Source: Chitinophagales bacterium (GTDB taxonomy: Bacteria; Bacteroidota; Bacteroidia; Chitinophagales; JADIYW01). From it: a stretch of DNA of 64,000 nt. Every line of letters begins with the position of its first letter. Position 1 is the first letter of the stretch. Of this stretch, positions 45,844 through 56,253 are shown one piece after another. The stretch spans positions 91,533 to 155,532 of the forward strand of contig JAXLTW010000004.1 of NCBI GenBank assembly GCA_046329865.1, in the 5' to 3' direction. A model generated the notes under the pieces. It worked only from the letters and a program-made list of their open reading frames with translations, did not search any database and was not told the origin of the DNA. The position numbers and the translations under genes were made by a program.

Positions 45844-48402
45844 TTAACCGCCCCCTTCAACGCCGCTGCCACTGTCTTCAAAGTTGGATTTCTTCTGCTT
45901 AGGCATATTTTGTTTCTGTTCCGATTTTCCGAAACGATAGGTAAATACGATATTGCCCACCGTGCTTTCCCAAAAACGTTTCACCTCTCCGTTAAAGGTA
46001 CTGCCATAAGTAGAAACGCCAAAATACTGAGAATGAAAAATATCACTGACATTGATGGCAATACTGGCCCTGTTCTCCTTTAAGAAATCATATTTAAATC
46101 CCAGGTTTGCAAACACCATCGGCCTGATTTCACCCTGTAAGAATTTGATTTTGCTTCTATAAGACACCATCAGTTGCAAGGTAGCTTTTGGTGTGATGTT
46201 GAATGTATTCATCAGACGCAGGTTGTACTGGAAGCTATTGGTGGTGGCATCCACTTCACCATTGGGCACATCTCCCTGTATTTTGTTGTAAAATAAGTTA
46301 GCAGAAAGCACAAAATTCCACCACCTGAAAAGAGTGGTTTTATTGGTGAACTCTACACCGATGTTTTGGCCGGTATTCAGATTGTCAAAGTTTACAATAG
46401 AACGCCCAATGCTGTCAACCGTTCTGAACCGGGTGAAAACATTATAGGCATATCGGTAGTAAACCGTAGTGCTGAAAAAGACACTTCGCTGAAAAGCAGA
46501 GTCTTTTTTAGATGGTTTAATATCTATGTTTTTTACGTGTGTTAGTTCTACTGCATGCGTATAAGCAGGTTTCATTTTCGGATTTCCGGTCAGGATATTG
46601 TAAGGGTCGCTGTAATTTCCAAACGGATTAAGTTGCTCCGGGTTGGGCCGGTTAATACGCTTGCTGTAACTTACACTAAGTGTGTGTGCTTTTTTCAGGT
46701 TAAAGGAAATGGAAGCAGACGGGAAGTAGTCGAAGTATTTTTGACGGTAAGACTGATTGCCTACATCCTGTGTCAAATCGATGTTTGTATTTTCCAGCCG
46801 TATGCCTGCTTTGTAATTGGCTATTTTCTTGATACTTCCTCCAAAAATGATGTAACCGGCATGTATCATTTCCTGATACCTGTATTTGTTTGAGATGGAA
46901 CTGTCGAAAACAGTTGTGAGTGTGGTGGTGTTTAAAGAATCCGCATAGAGTTCGGTGAAATAATCACGCATATTGAACCTATAACCAAATTCCAGTTTTG
47001 ATTTTATCTTTTTAAATGGTTGTGCGTAATCGGCCTGTAAAAATCCGGATTGGCTGGTATTGTAATTATTGTTCGTCTGACGCTGTGGAATCATTGTGAT
47101 TTCAATGTCATTTTCATCCAAGGTTTTTTGGGTATAATGTATGGGTTTGGTGGTTCTGTCAGAGTAGGCATAATTTCCTGCAATCACCAGGTCATTGCTG
47201 TTGTCCTTAAAGGTTCTACGGTAAGATGCGTTGATTTCTGCGTTTCCGTTTAAGCTTCTTGAATCCGAATAACGGTTGTAGGAATTGATATATTCTGACA
47301 AGGAATCCAGAAAATCGGTATTGACCTTGCCTTTGGAAATTCCATTGGACTCACTCAGTAAAACAGAAAAGGATAAGGTGTTTTTTTCTTTTATATACCA
47401 GTCTAGATTTGTATTCAGCGTATTGGAAAAATTCAGGTTTGTTCCATAGTCATTGGTGTTCAGGTAAAAGGGAGACTGGCCGGGAAAGAAGTTATACCGA
47501 TTCCCGCTCCCTTTGTAGTAGGATTCTGTAAACCGGAAATTATAGGACGTCGAAAAATTGATGTTTTTTTTCCTGTAATTGATGGTTACACCGGTATTGG
47601 CATCATATTTTGTCCCATAGCCAATTGTAAAATTGCCGTTTAAGCCAGCTTTTGTATTTTTCTTTAAAACTATATTGATAATTCCCACTTCGCCTTCCGC
47701 ATCGTATTTAGCGGATGGATTATTGATGACTTCAATGCTTTCAATCTGTGATGAAGGGATGGCATCCAAAATGGCTTTCGTGTTATTGGCGGTAATGCCC
47801 GATGGACGACCATTGATAAAGACCTTTAAATTGCCCGAGCCGCGCATGGAGAGATTACCATCCTGGTCCACTTCCACTACGGGTACCTGTTTCAGTGCAT
47901 CGGTTGCAGAGCCACCGGCAGCCATTGTATTTTTATCAATATTGAAAACTTTCTTTTCCGCATTGACCGTCATGATACTTTTTTCCCCGGTGATTTGTAC
48001 TTCCTGCAGCACTTTGGCATCTTCGGTCACCTTAATCGTCCCTAAATTTGTTTCCACTTTATCAGGAGGAATGATTAATAATTTTGCGATGGTATAATCT
48101 GTATAGCCTACAAAACTAACCGTTAGCCGATAGGCTCCTAACGGGATGTTTGTAATTTCAAAGTATCCTTTGTCATCCACCAGGTTTCCATAAATTTTGC
48201 CGGAGTCTTTCAGGCTTTGTATGGTAACTGAAGAATATTCCAGCGGTGTGTTTTTTGCGGCGTCAACTACTTTGCCGTAAATCCTGCCGATAGCCGGAGG
48301 CGGACCGCTAAAGCCCTGCGGTGCTTGTGCTGAAATAGTGTTATAAAACAGGAATAGGAAAAATGAAATAAGGAGTATCCGTAAAGTAAGTTTTCTTTTC
48401 AT
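45844..48402 (-). CDS. TonB-dependent receptor / outer-membrane beta-barrel protein with CarboxypepD_reg domain
   Basis: GRIYGKVVDAAKNTPLEYSSV, a plug region, and a long barrel ending with an aromatic-rich strand. Confidence 0.8.
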   Translation of the reverse strand: MKRKLTLRILLISFFLFLFYNTISAQAPQGFSGPPPAIGRIYGKVVDAAKNTPLEYSSVTIQSLKDSGKIYGNLVDDKGYFEITNIPLGAYRLTVSFVGYTDYTIAKLLIIPPDKVETNLGTIKVTEDAKVLQEVQITGEKSIMTVNAEKKVFNIDKNTMAAGGSATDALKQVPVVEVDQDGNLSMRGSGNLKVFINGRPSGITANNTKAILDAIPSSQIESIEVINNPSAKYDAEGEVGIINIVLKKNTKAGLNGNFTIGYGTKYDANTGVTINYRKKNINFSTSYNFRFTESYYKGSGNRYNFFPGQSPFYLNTNDYGTNLNFSNTLNTNLDWYIKEKNTLSFSVLLSESNGISKGKVNTDFLDSLSEYINSYNRYSDSRSLNGNAEINASYRRTFKDNSNDLVIAGNYAYSDRTTKPIHYTQKTLDENDIEITMIPQRQTNNNYNTSQSGFLQADYAQPFKKIKSKLEFGYRFNMRDYFTELYADSLNTTTLTTVFDSSISNKYRYQEMIHAGYIIFGGSIKKIANYKAGIRLENTNIDLTQDVGNQSYRQKYFDYFPSASISFNLKKAHTLSVSYSKRINRPNPEQLNPFGNYSDPYNILTGNPKMKPAYTHAVELTHVKNIDIKPSKKDSAFQRSVFFSTTVYYRYAYNVFTRFRTVDSIGRSIVNFDNLNTGQNIGVEFTNKTTLFRWWNFVLSANLFYNKIQGDVPNGEVDATTNSFQYNLRLMNTFNITPKATLQLMVSYRSKIKFLQGEIRPMVFANLGFKYDFLKENRASIAINVSDIFHSQYFGVSTYGSTFNGEVKRFWESTVGNIVFTYRFGKSEQKQNMPKQKKSNFEDSGSGVEGGG

Positions 48403-48448
48403 AGTTTGTTGATGCTATCCGTAATCAGTACTGAGTGTTGTAAAAATA

Positions 48449-48841
48449 TTACAGTTTGGTAAAAGAAATTGCCAGCAAAACCCAGCCGATGATAAAACAC
48501 AATCCGCCTAATGGTGTAATGGGCCCTAAAACGGGAGTCAGGGCATCTGTACCCAACAGACTGCGAGTGGCCAGCAAATAAAGGGAGCCTGAAAAAAATA
48601 AAACGCCGGCTGTAAAAAACCAGCCTGCAAGTGTCAGTGTACGGGGCTGAATTTTATCCGCTAAAAATGCGACTGCCAGTAATGCCGCCACATGGTAGAA
48701 CTGGTAGCTGACTGCTTTTTCGTAAATAGTATGCTGATACGCATCCAGTTTATCTTTCAGTGCATGTGCACCGAAGGCGCCTAATACTACCGCCAAGCCA
48801 CCGTAAATGGCTGCAATGATTCCAAATGTTTTATGCATCAT
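48449..48841 (-). CDS. DUF423 (YgdD-like) membrane protein
   Basis: GGLAVVLGAFGAHALK and four TM segments in 130 aa. Confidence 0.75.
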   Translation of the reverse strand: MMHKTFGIIAAIYGGLAVVLGAFGAHALKDKLDAYQHTIYEKAVSYQFYHVAALLAVAFLADKIQPRTLTLAGWFFTAGVLFFSGSLYLLATRSLLGTDALTPVLGPITPLGGLCFIIGWVLLAISFTKL

Positions 48842-48960
48842 TAAAAGTTTGTGTAAATTTAGGTATTAAAGGTTAAAACGAAAGAAGAGCTGAATTTATT
48901 AATCTATGAATAACAGAATATTTTCCCTTAATTTCCATCAGATAATAATTAAGTAACAAC

Positions 48961-49809
48961 ATGGATGTAAAATTATTTCAACAATATGCCGGAAAGTTGC
49001 CAGCTTCAGAGTTGATGCCTGTTTTGTTTTTTGGACATGGCAGCCCCATGAATGCGATTGAAGATAACATATTTACAAAAGGATGGCGGGAGAGTGTGAG
49101 AGACTTGCCTAAACCATCGGTGATATTGTGTATATCTGCTCATTGGGAAACACGTGGTACATTTGTAACAGCCATGGAAAAACCAAGAACTATACACGAT
49201 TTCGGGGGTTTCCCGCCCGAATTATATAACGTAAACTACCCGGCACACGGAAGTCCGGAGTTGGCAATAGAAGCCCATAATGCCGTTACAAGAACTAATA
49301 TCGGTCTGGATGAACACTGGGGTTTGGATCACGGGTGCTGGAGTGTACTGATAAAAGCTTATCCGGATGCGGATATTCCTGTGGTTCAGCTAAGCCTCGA
49401 TTATACCCAACCACCGCAATATCACTTTGACCTGGCGAAAGAAATTGCAGCGCTACGCCGGAAAGGCGTATTGATTGTCGGAAGTGGTAATATTGTTCAT
49501 AATTTACGAATGCTGGACTGGCAGAACCAGACTGGTGGTTTTGATTGGGCTATCGAGGCAAACGCCAAATTTATAGAGTTGATACAGCAGAGCGATTATG
49601 CGTCTTTAATCAATTATGACAGGTTAGGAAAAGCTTGTCAATTGTCTGTTCCAACACCAGAGCATTACTTGCCGTTTTTATACACGATGGCCTTGAAAGA
49701 CGAACACGAAAAGGTTACATTTTTTAATGACCAGTTAGTGATGGGCTCAATTTCAATGTTATCGCTGAAAATAGACAATGCAACTGTAAATGGACGAGGA
49801 TATCTTTGA
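48961..49809 (+). CDS. ygiD: 4,5-DOPA dioxygenase extradiol (class III extradiol dioxygenase, YgiD-like)
   Basis: PVLFFGHGSPMNA, ISAHWET, GLDHGCWS and GSGNIVHNL. Confidence 0.8.
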   Translation: MDVKLFQQYAGKLPASELMPVLFFGHGSPMNAIEDNIFTKGWRESVRDLPKPSVILCISAHWETRGTFVTAMEKPRTIHDFGGFPPELYNVNYPAHGSPELAIEAHNAVTRTNIGLDEHWGLDHGCWSVLIKAYPDADIPVVQLSLDYTQPPQYHFDLAKEIAALRRKGVLIVGSGNIVHNLRMLDWQNQTGGFDWAIEANAKFIELIQQSDYASLINYDRLGKACQLSVPTPEHYLPFLYTMALKDEHEKVTFFNDQLVMGSISMLSLKIDNATVNGRGYL

Positions 49810-49811
49810 TT

Positions 49812-50969
49812 TCATTTAACCAACAGGTTATTCATTCGTTCATACTCATGTCCAAAACGAATGAACATACCAATGCTGTAAGGTTTTTCATCTTTTACCT
49901 TTCTTTTCAGGTAATAATCTTTATCACCGATGCAGGTACCCTTACAGACGTTTTTAGTGGTGAGATATTTTTCGGAAATTTGTTTGATGCTGTATTCCCG
50001 CAATCCATTATAAGCTAAATCGATACTTTTTTTAAAGGAGGAATCTGTTACGATACCCAACTCGATGGCTTTTGTGATTCCGAAGGAAAACATGGCTGTA
50101 CTTGAACTTTCGATGAAGTTTTTCGGATCCAGGGGCCGCGTAGGCAGCTGATACCAGTGTCCGTTTTCCTTGTTTTGTAATTCCGGAAGATGGGCAATCA
50201 TTTCTTTCAGATACCCTGCCAGTTCAGCCCATTGCGGATGGCTTTTCGGTATCGTCTCTAATGCATCGGATAAGGTTACGATGATCCATCCGTTGCCACG
50301 TCCCCATATTTCAGCGCTTTTGCCGGTTGTTTTATCCGGCCAGTTTAACTGACCGCAAAATGTACAATGCGACTTCTGGTCGCTGTCCCAGCCATGTACC
50401 CACAATCCCCATTCCTTATTTTGTAATTTATCCCGGTGAACACGGATTTGCAACACGAGTTCATCGATGTATGCAGCATCACCTGTGGCCTTGTACATTT
50501 CCAATAAAAATTGTCCAATCATAAAAATGGTGTCATCCCACAACTCCAAATCTTTTCGCAAATGTGAAACACCGCCTTCTTGGGTGCGCTTTATTTTTTT
50601 ATAATCTGAATATATTTTCTTACAGGCTTTCTTGTACTTTTCATCTCCGGTGATTCTTGCAAGCAAGGCCATGCCGATTCCGGACGCTACGGCGTTGGGT
50701 ATTTTTCCATTGGCAATAGAATAGGTTTTATCCATTGCTTTATGAACATAGTCAAGATAGAGCTTCTTATGCTGTTCCGGGCTGTAATCGTATTGTTTAA
50801 TCATGGTGTACAGCAGGGAAGCATTCATCCAGTTCCAGTGATACGTTGAGGGTGGAAGGTATTTCTCACGCGCATAGGTATCCAGTGAATCGGACCAGGT
50901 TTGTGCACAGGTCTGTTCATGTTTTCCCAAAAAGATAAAGATTAAAGCAATCAGCATTTTCGATTTCAT
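49812..50969 (-). CDS. Glycoside hydrolase family 88/105 (unsaturated glucuronyl / rhamnogalacturonyl hydrolase-like)
   Basis: LWDDTIFM and WGRGNGW motifs. Signal peptide present. Confidence 0.75.
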   Translation of the reverse strand: MKSKMLIALIFIFLGKHEQTCAQTWSDSLDTYAREKYLPPSTYHWNWMNASLLYTMIKQYDYSPEQHKKLYLDYVHKAMDKTYSIANGKIPNAVASGIGMALLARITGDEKYKKACKKIYSDYKKIKRTQEGGVSHLRKDLELWDDTIFMIGQFLLEMYKATGDAAYIDELVLQIRVHRDKLQNKEWGLWVHGWDSDQKSHCTFCGQLNWPDKTTGKSAEIWGRGNGWIIVTLSDALETIPKSHPQWAELAGYLKEMIAHLPELQNKENGHWYQLPTRPLDPKNFIESSSTAMFSFGITKAIELGIVTDSSFKKSIDLAYNGLREYSIKQISEKYLTTKNVCKGTCIGDKDYYLKRKVKDEKPYSIGMFIRFGHEYERMNNLLVK

Positions 50970-50987
50970 CGGAACTATGAATGGCGG

Positions 50988-53066
50988 TTATCGTTTGATA
51001 AGTAGTTTTTGAGTATAGATATCCTGCTGACTTTCCAGTAACAGCATATACATTCCTTCCGTCCAGTCTTTGGTGGAAATGGTAATGGTGTTGCCCGGCG
51101 GTGGAGCAATTATTTTTTCCGAATAAATTTCAGCACCCTTGATATCAAATACGCTCAGTGTAGCAGAGCGCAGGGAGAGCGGCAGGGCAACTGTCACAGC
51201 ATCGGTGGCCGGATTTGGAAAAATTGTTAATGATTTTACTTCCTTGCTGCTGTTCAGAACAGCAGTAGGTGTTTGAGTCGGTCCGGAAAAGATATCACCG
51301 TTCCACGCATATTCTATCGTCTTTCCATCCACCACAATTTTGGAGTAGTACACCCATTGCAAAGTCGGCAGATTGAAATACCATTTTTCTTCATATTGTG
51401 ATTGTTCAATGAGCTGTTGGAAATGATCGAAACTGCCATACATGTCAGCATTACCCACCATAAATACCCACGTTTGTCCGTCAGGGTTGTTGCAGGCTTT
51501 CACCCCATTTATTTCACCTGTACAATTTCTGCGGACTGCTACATATCCGTCACCTTGTCTTCCCAGCAACCAGTTTCCACTTTCCCTGATTTCATCAAAT
51601 TTATTTGACTGCCAATGTAATTCAACATCTAGCTTATCATCTTTATATCCAAATAACGCTAACCCTTTTTCCGGTCTGTACATCACCAACGCAATATTGT
51701 CTGTTTGTTTTACATATGGTAAATGTATGTTAGCATTGTGTGATGGCCGGTTATCCCAGTCTATGTTAGGTTTGCCTGATAGGGTGAACACGGCAGTTGT
51801 TCCGGCATTTGCCATCACAGGGAATTGCTGGTATCCCAATTTCCCTTTCCAGAAATCCTGTAAGGAAGATAACGTAACGGATTTATTTTTAAAGATGGCA
51901 ATAGTGGGATTATAGATTCCCGAGCTTTTGCTGATAGGGCTTGCGATTTCTGCTATTGCAGGAGCAAGATCCGATGGCAGAAACGAATACTGCCTGAAAT
52001 CAGCAAATTCAAAATGCCCCCAAAGATTTAAATCTTTTAAGAGTTGAAAAGTAGATTTTGAAACATCCGGATGAAAATAATCTCCCGAACTCCATTGGAA
52101 AATAACTTTATCTTTTGCAGACATCGTATTATTGATATTGTTTATACCATTCTGCAACGTATGTCCAATGGTAAAAACGGTATTCAATGTCGTTGTCAGT
52201 GAATTTATCACGTCACTCACCTCAATGGATGAGGTTGATAGAAAACCACCGGAATGCGATGCGCCACCTGGAATTTCCCCTAATCCGGTCAGCAAATAAA
52301 TTAAACTGTTGTGATTTTGTCCGTATGCGGTTTCATATTTTCCCGGATAATTACGTCCGGCGGTCGGGAAAAACACACCTTTATCATTCGTTAACATCAG
52401 TAAATCTTTTAACAGGCGCCGAGATGCCTGCGCTGCCAGATCTTTTATTTCCGCGTCTTGTGAAAAATCGGCAAGATTGAGCAAGCCGGACAAACAATAA
52501 GGAGCATACGTGGAAGAAAAGAATTCATAAAATCCATATTGTACTTTTAATTGAAGGTAATGCCGCAATCTTCTTTCTAAGGTACTGTCAATGATTTTTC
52601 CATATTTTTCATGGAGCAGCCAATCCGAAGACATCCACATGATCATGTGGTTTTCTGACCAGTATTCTCTGTTGGTTTCATTTTTCTCCAGCCAGAATGG
52701 TATGGGACACAAAACTGGTAAAATCAGACTATCGTATTCCCCATGGGTGAATTCTAATACACGTATCAGCTTGACAATGTCAAAATCAACCGTACTTTTT
52801 GTGGCAATGTTATTCAGAATAGTCGTTAATTCGGTAGGGTCGACTGCAACGCCTTTATACGCCTGTATGGTGATTGCATCCGAATTTAAGGATGACAACG
52901 CATTGTCGATGTACGCAAGTCGACGGGCTTCATAGTCGGCGGGATTGGAAAATGAAATGGAATGGAAAAACAATAATCCCGAAAAAAGGAATAAAATGTG
53001 TTTTTTCCGTGACGATAAAATGCTGAGTGGATTGTATATAGTTGCCATAACTCTAAGATAATACAT
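50988..53066 (-). CDS. Secreted hypothetical protein with T9SS C-terminal sorting domain
   Basis: The C-terminus is LTIFPNPATDAVTVAL...GMYMLLL. The body is not recognised. Confidence 0.6.
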   Translation of the reverse strand: MYYLRVMATIYNPLSILSSRKKHILFLFSGLLFFHSISFSNPADYEARRLAYIDNALSSLNSDAITIQAYKGVAVDPTELTTILNNIATKSTVDFDIVKLIRVLEFTHGEYDSLILPVLCPIPFWLEKNETNREYWSENHMIMWMSSDWLLHEKYGKIIDSTLERRLRHYLQLKVQYGFYEFFSSTYAPYCLSGLLNLADFSQDAEIKDLAAQASRRLLKDLLMLTNDKGVFFPTAGRNYPGKYETAYGQNHNSLIYLLTGLGEIPGGASHSGGFLSTSSIEVSDVINSLTTTLNTVFTIGHTLQNGINNINNTMSAKDKVIFQWSSGDYFHPDVSKSTFQLLKDLNLWGHFEFADFRQYSFLPSDLAPAIAEIASPISKSSGIYNPTIAIFKNKSVTLSSLQDFWKGKLGYQQFPVMANAGTTAVFTLSGKPNIDWDNRPSHNANIHLPYVKQTDNIALVMYRPEKGLALFGYKDDKLDVELHWQSNKFDEIRESGNWLLGRQGDGYVAVRRNCTGEINGVKACNNPDGQTWVFMVGNADMYGSFDHFQQLIEQSQYEEKWYFNLPTLQWVYYSKIVVDGKTIEYAWNGDIFSGPTQTPTAVLNSSKEVKSLTIFPNPATDAVTVALPLSLRSATLSVFDIKGAEIYSEKIIAPPPGNTITISTKDWTEGMYMLLLESQQDIYTQKLLIKR

Positions 53067-53163
53067 TTAATAGTTAATCGCTACAGGTATTTCTGCGGTA
53101 TCATCATAATTCCTGTTTTTGTAGAATTAATCGTATTTTTAGCGTCTGATAGACTGTACAAAA

Positions 53164-55179
53164 ATGTCAAAAAAAAAGAAAATAAATAAACCAGCTCATT
53201 CTCATCCGCATAAAAGAGATAAAAAAAATACCAAAAAAGACCATGAAACTTTTTTGGTCGGAGAAGAATTAACCGGCGTGATAGATATTGCCCGTAGTGG
53301 GGATGCCTATGTCAGTATTGAAGGGAAATCCAAGGATTTTTTTATACATAGAAAAAATACCCATCATGCATTTGACGGGGACACCGTAAAGGTACAGCGG
53401 CTGCATAAACCGAATGCGGTGAGGCCGGAAGGGATTGTAACGGAAGTAGTCAAACGAAAACGTTCCCATTTCATAGGTGTGGTAGAGAGAGTTAATGATA
53501 CATGTTTTGTAGTTGCCGACAATCCGGGTATCAAGTCCGATTTTTATATACCGGAAGGCCGTTCCCAGAAGGCCAAACATCATGATAAAGTAGTAGTGGA
53601 ACTGGTGGAATGGCGTCCGAAGGACAAAAACCCAATCGGACATATCACTGAGATATTAGGTCAGGCAGGCAGTAACGACATTGAAATGAAATCTATTTTA
53701 GTGGAAAATGGATTTTTCACCTCTTTCCCTAAAAATGTGCTGGATGAAGCAGACGAGCTGGAATTCAAAGTTTCTGATGAAGAAAAAAAGAATCGCAGGG
53801 ATTTTACAGATATTCCTACATTCACAATTGACCCGGCAGATGCCAAAGATTTTGATGACGCATTGTCCTTCCGCGTATTGGAAAATGGACTGTTTGAAGT
53901 GGGTGTACACATAGCCGATGTTTCACATTATGTAAAAGAACATTCCGCCATGGAAAAAGAGGCGTTCAAAAGGGCTACTTCGGTTTATCTCGTGGATAGG
54001 GTAGCTCCGATGTTTCCGGAAAGGCTATCCAATATCATTTGTTCTCTTCGTCCGAATGAGGATAAATGCAGTTATGCGGCAGTTTTTCAGATGGATGAAA
54101 AAGCGGCGGTCAAAGATGTATGGTTCGGCAGAACGGTGATTCATTCGAAAAAACGATTCAGCTATGAAGAGGCGCAGGAAATTCTGGAGGGTAAGGAAGG
54201 CGTATTTAAAGAGGAGTTATTGAAGCTGAATGAGCTGGCTCATATTTTACGCAGAGAGCGTTTTAAAAACGGCTCTATCGGGTTTGAGGCGCCGGAAACC
54301 AAGTTTCAACTGGATGATAACGGCAAACCTGTCGGTGTGTATATCAAAGAGCGTAAAGATGCGCATTTGCTGATTGAAGATTTTATGTTGCTGGCGAATA
54401 AATATGTGGCGAAGTTTATCGGTAAGGATAAAAATGAAAATGGAAAAATTCCATTCGTCTTCCGTGTGCATGATTTGCCCAATGAAGAAAAATTAATCGA
54501 CTTCCAGTTGTTTGCCCAGAAGTTTGGGTATAAGATACAGTTTGATAATCCGAAACAGATAGCCCGTGAGTTGAACCGGCTGATGCAGGAAATTGAGGGA
54601 AAACCGGAACAGGCGGTCTTGCAGCAACTGGCGATTCGCTGTATGGCAAAGGCGGTCTACACAACCAATAATATAGGCCATTACGGATTAGGTTTTGATT
54701 ATTATACACATTTTACGTCGCCTATCCGTCGTTATCCGGATGTAATGGTGCATCGTTTGCTGGATAAAATCATGAACAATAAAAAATTACCGACCAAAGA
54801 CGAACTGGAATATCAATGCAAGCATAGCAGTGAACGTGAACGCGCCGCCAATGACGCAGAACGCTCATCCGTTAAATACAAAATGGCTGAATTTATGCTC
54901 GACAGAATTGGAGAACACTTTACAGGCGTTATCTCCGGTGTGAAAAACTGGGGAATTTATGTGGAGTTGCCGCAATACAATTGCGAAGGATTGATCCGTA
55001 TCGAGACGATGAAAAATGACAATTATACTTTTGATGAACGCAAAATGCGATTCTTAGGCAGGCATCATGGTCATACCTATCAGCTGGGAGATAAGATTGA
55101 CGTCACCCTTACAGGAGTGGATATTGAAAAGAAAACGATTGATTTTGAGATGAAGGAAACGCACGGGATGCTGTTGTAA
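53164..55179 (+). CDS. rnr: Ribonuclease R
   Basis: Basic N-terminus. RNB-domain motifs are IDPADAKDFDDA, YLVDRVAPMFPERLSN and HFTSPIRRYPD. A C-terminal S1 domain is present. Confidence 0.9.
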   Translation: MSKKKKINKPAHSHPHKRDKKNTKKDHETFLVGEELTGVIDIARSGDAYVSIEGKSKDFFIHRKNTHHAFDGDTVKVQRLHKPNAVRPEGIVTEVVKRKRSHFIGVVERVNDTCFVVADNPGIKSDFYIPEGRSQKAKHHDKVVVELVEWRPKDKNPIGHITEILGQAGSNDIEMKSILVENGFFTSFPKNVLDEADELEFKVSDEEKKNRRDFTDIPTFTIDPADAKDFDDALSFRVLENGLFEVGVHIADVSHYVKEHSAMEKEAFKRATSVYLVDRVAPMFPERLSNIICSLRPNEDKCSYAAVFQMDEKAAVKDVWFGRTVIHSKKRFSYEEAQEILEGKEGVFKEELLKLNELAHILRRERFKNGSIGFEAPETKFQLDDNGKPVGVYIKERKDAHLLIEDFMLLANKYVAKFIGKDKNENGKIPFVFRVHDLPNEEKLIDFQLFAQKFGYKIQFDNPKQIARELNRLMQEIEGKPEQAVLQQLAIRCMAKAVYTTNNIGHYGLGFDYYTHFTSPIRRYPDVMVHRLLDKIMNNKKLPTKDELEYQCKHSSERERAANDAERSSVKYKMAEFMLDRIGEHFTGVISGVKNWGIYVELPQYNCEGLIRIETMKNDNYTFDERKMRFLGRHHGHTYQLGDKIDVTLTGVDIEKKTIDFEMKETHGMLL

Positions 55180-55185
55180 ATCGCA

Positions 55186-56253
55186 TCACATATAATCCGC
55201 GTCATACCCCCATCGGTATTCCATCAAATATCCAAGTGCCTGATCCACCCTCAGGTCTTCAAATAATGCCCTGTAAATGTTTTGGATAATAGGCAGTTTT
55301 ACACCTGTAGTGTCTGCCAGTTTCTTGGAGATACTGACAGTTTTAATACCTTCCGCCACTTCGGTGGAAGTGGCAATGATTTGCTCGAGGGTTTCACCCT
55401 TGGCCAGTCGGGCACCAACGGTATAGTTTCGGCTCATTGGTGATGTACAGGTGGCAATCAAATCACCAATACCTGCCAGTCCCAGAAATGCCTGTTTATC
55501 TGCACCCATTGCCGTCGCCAGACGAATAATTTCCCCCAAGCCGCGTGTGATTAAGAATGCCATCGCATTGTTGCCATATCCAAGTCCGCCTAATGCACCA
55601 GCCGCTAAAGCCATCGAATTTTTTAATACTCCCGCCAACTCCACCGCATAAATATCGTGGTTGCTATATACCTGCAGACGTTTGCTTCGTATCGCTGTTT
55701 CGCCTTCTTTTATCACTTCGTCGAACTTGCTGGCAATAACGGTAGCAGCCGGATGCTGGTTGGCGATTTCTCTGGCAAGGTTGGGACCGCTCATGCATCC
55801 GACTCTCTTTACACAGGTTTCTTCCAATATTACCTTACTCATCGTGTAGATATCCTGAGGATGCAATATGATATCCTTATCCAGTATAGACTTGCCGGGT
55901 TCTAATTTAATGTCAAAACCTTTTGTGCAATGTATCATCATGTGATACGGCTTCAGGTACGGAGCCATATCCCGCATCACCTGTCGGAAACTGTCCGACG
56001 ATACGGACGGAAGCAACAGAAAGCACTTTTCTGTGATTTCCTGCATATCGTTGGTCGCCGTGACATTCGGATGGATAGACTGATCATTATTAACCCGGTC
56101 CCTGTTAATGATTTCAACAGCCTCCGGTCTTCTGGAGTATAAATACACCTGTCCGTTTTCTGCAAGCAAATTGGCAACGGCAGTTCCAAAACTACCGGCG
56201 CCTATGACAGCTACAGGATGTTTATCAGATGTGCTTTTCGAGACCATAGCCAA
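55186..56253 (-). CDS. gpsA: NAD(P)H-dependent glycerol-3-phosphate dehydrogenase
   Basis: VIGAGSFGTAVA, SGPNLAREI, GVLKN and GDLIATC. Confidence 0.85.
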   Translation of the reverse strand: MAMVSKSTSDKHPVAVIGAGSFGTAVANLLAENGQVYLYSRRPEAVEIINRDRVNNDQSIHPNVTATNDMQEITEKCFLLLPSVSSDSFRQVMRDMAPYLKPYHMMIHCTKGFDIKLEPGKSILDKDIILHPQDIYTMSKVILEETCVKRVGCMSGPNLAREIANQHPAATVIASKFDEVIKEGETAIRSKRLQVYSNHDIYAVELAGVLKNSMALAAGALGGLGYGNNAMAFLITRGLGEIIRLATAMGADKQAFLGLAGIGDLIATCTSPMSRNYTVGARLAKGETLEQIIATSTEVAEGIKTVSISKKLADTTGVKLPIIQNIYRALFEDLRVDQALGYLMEYRWGYDADYM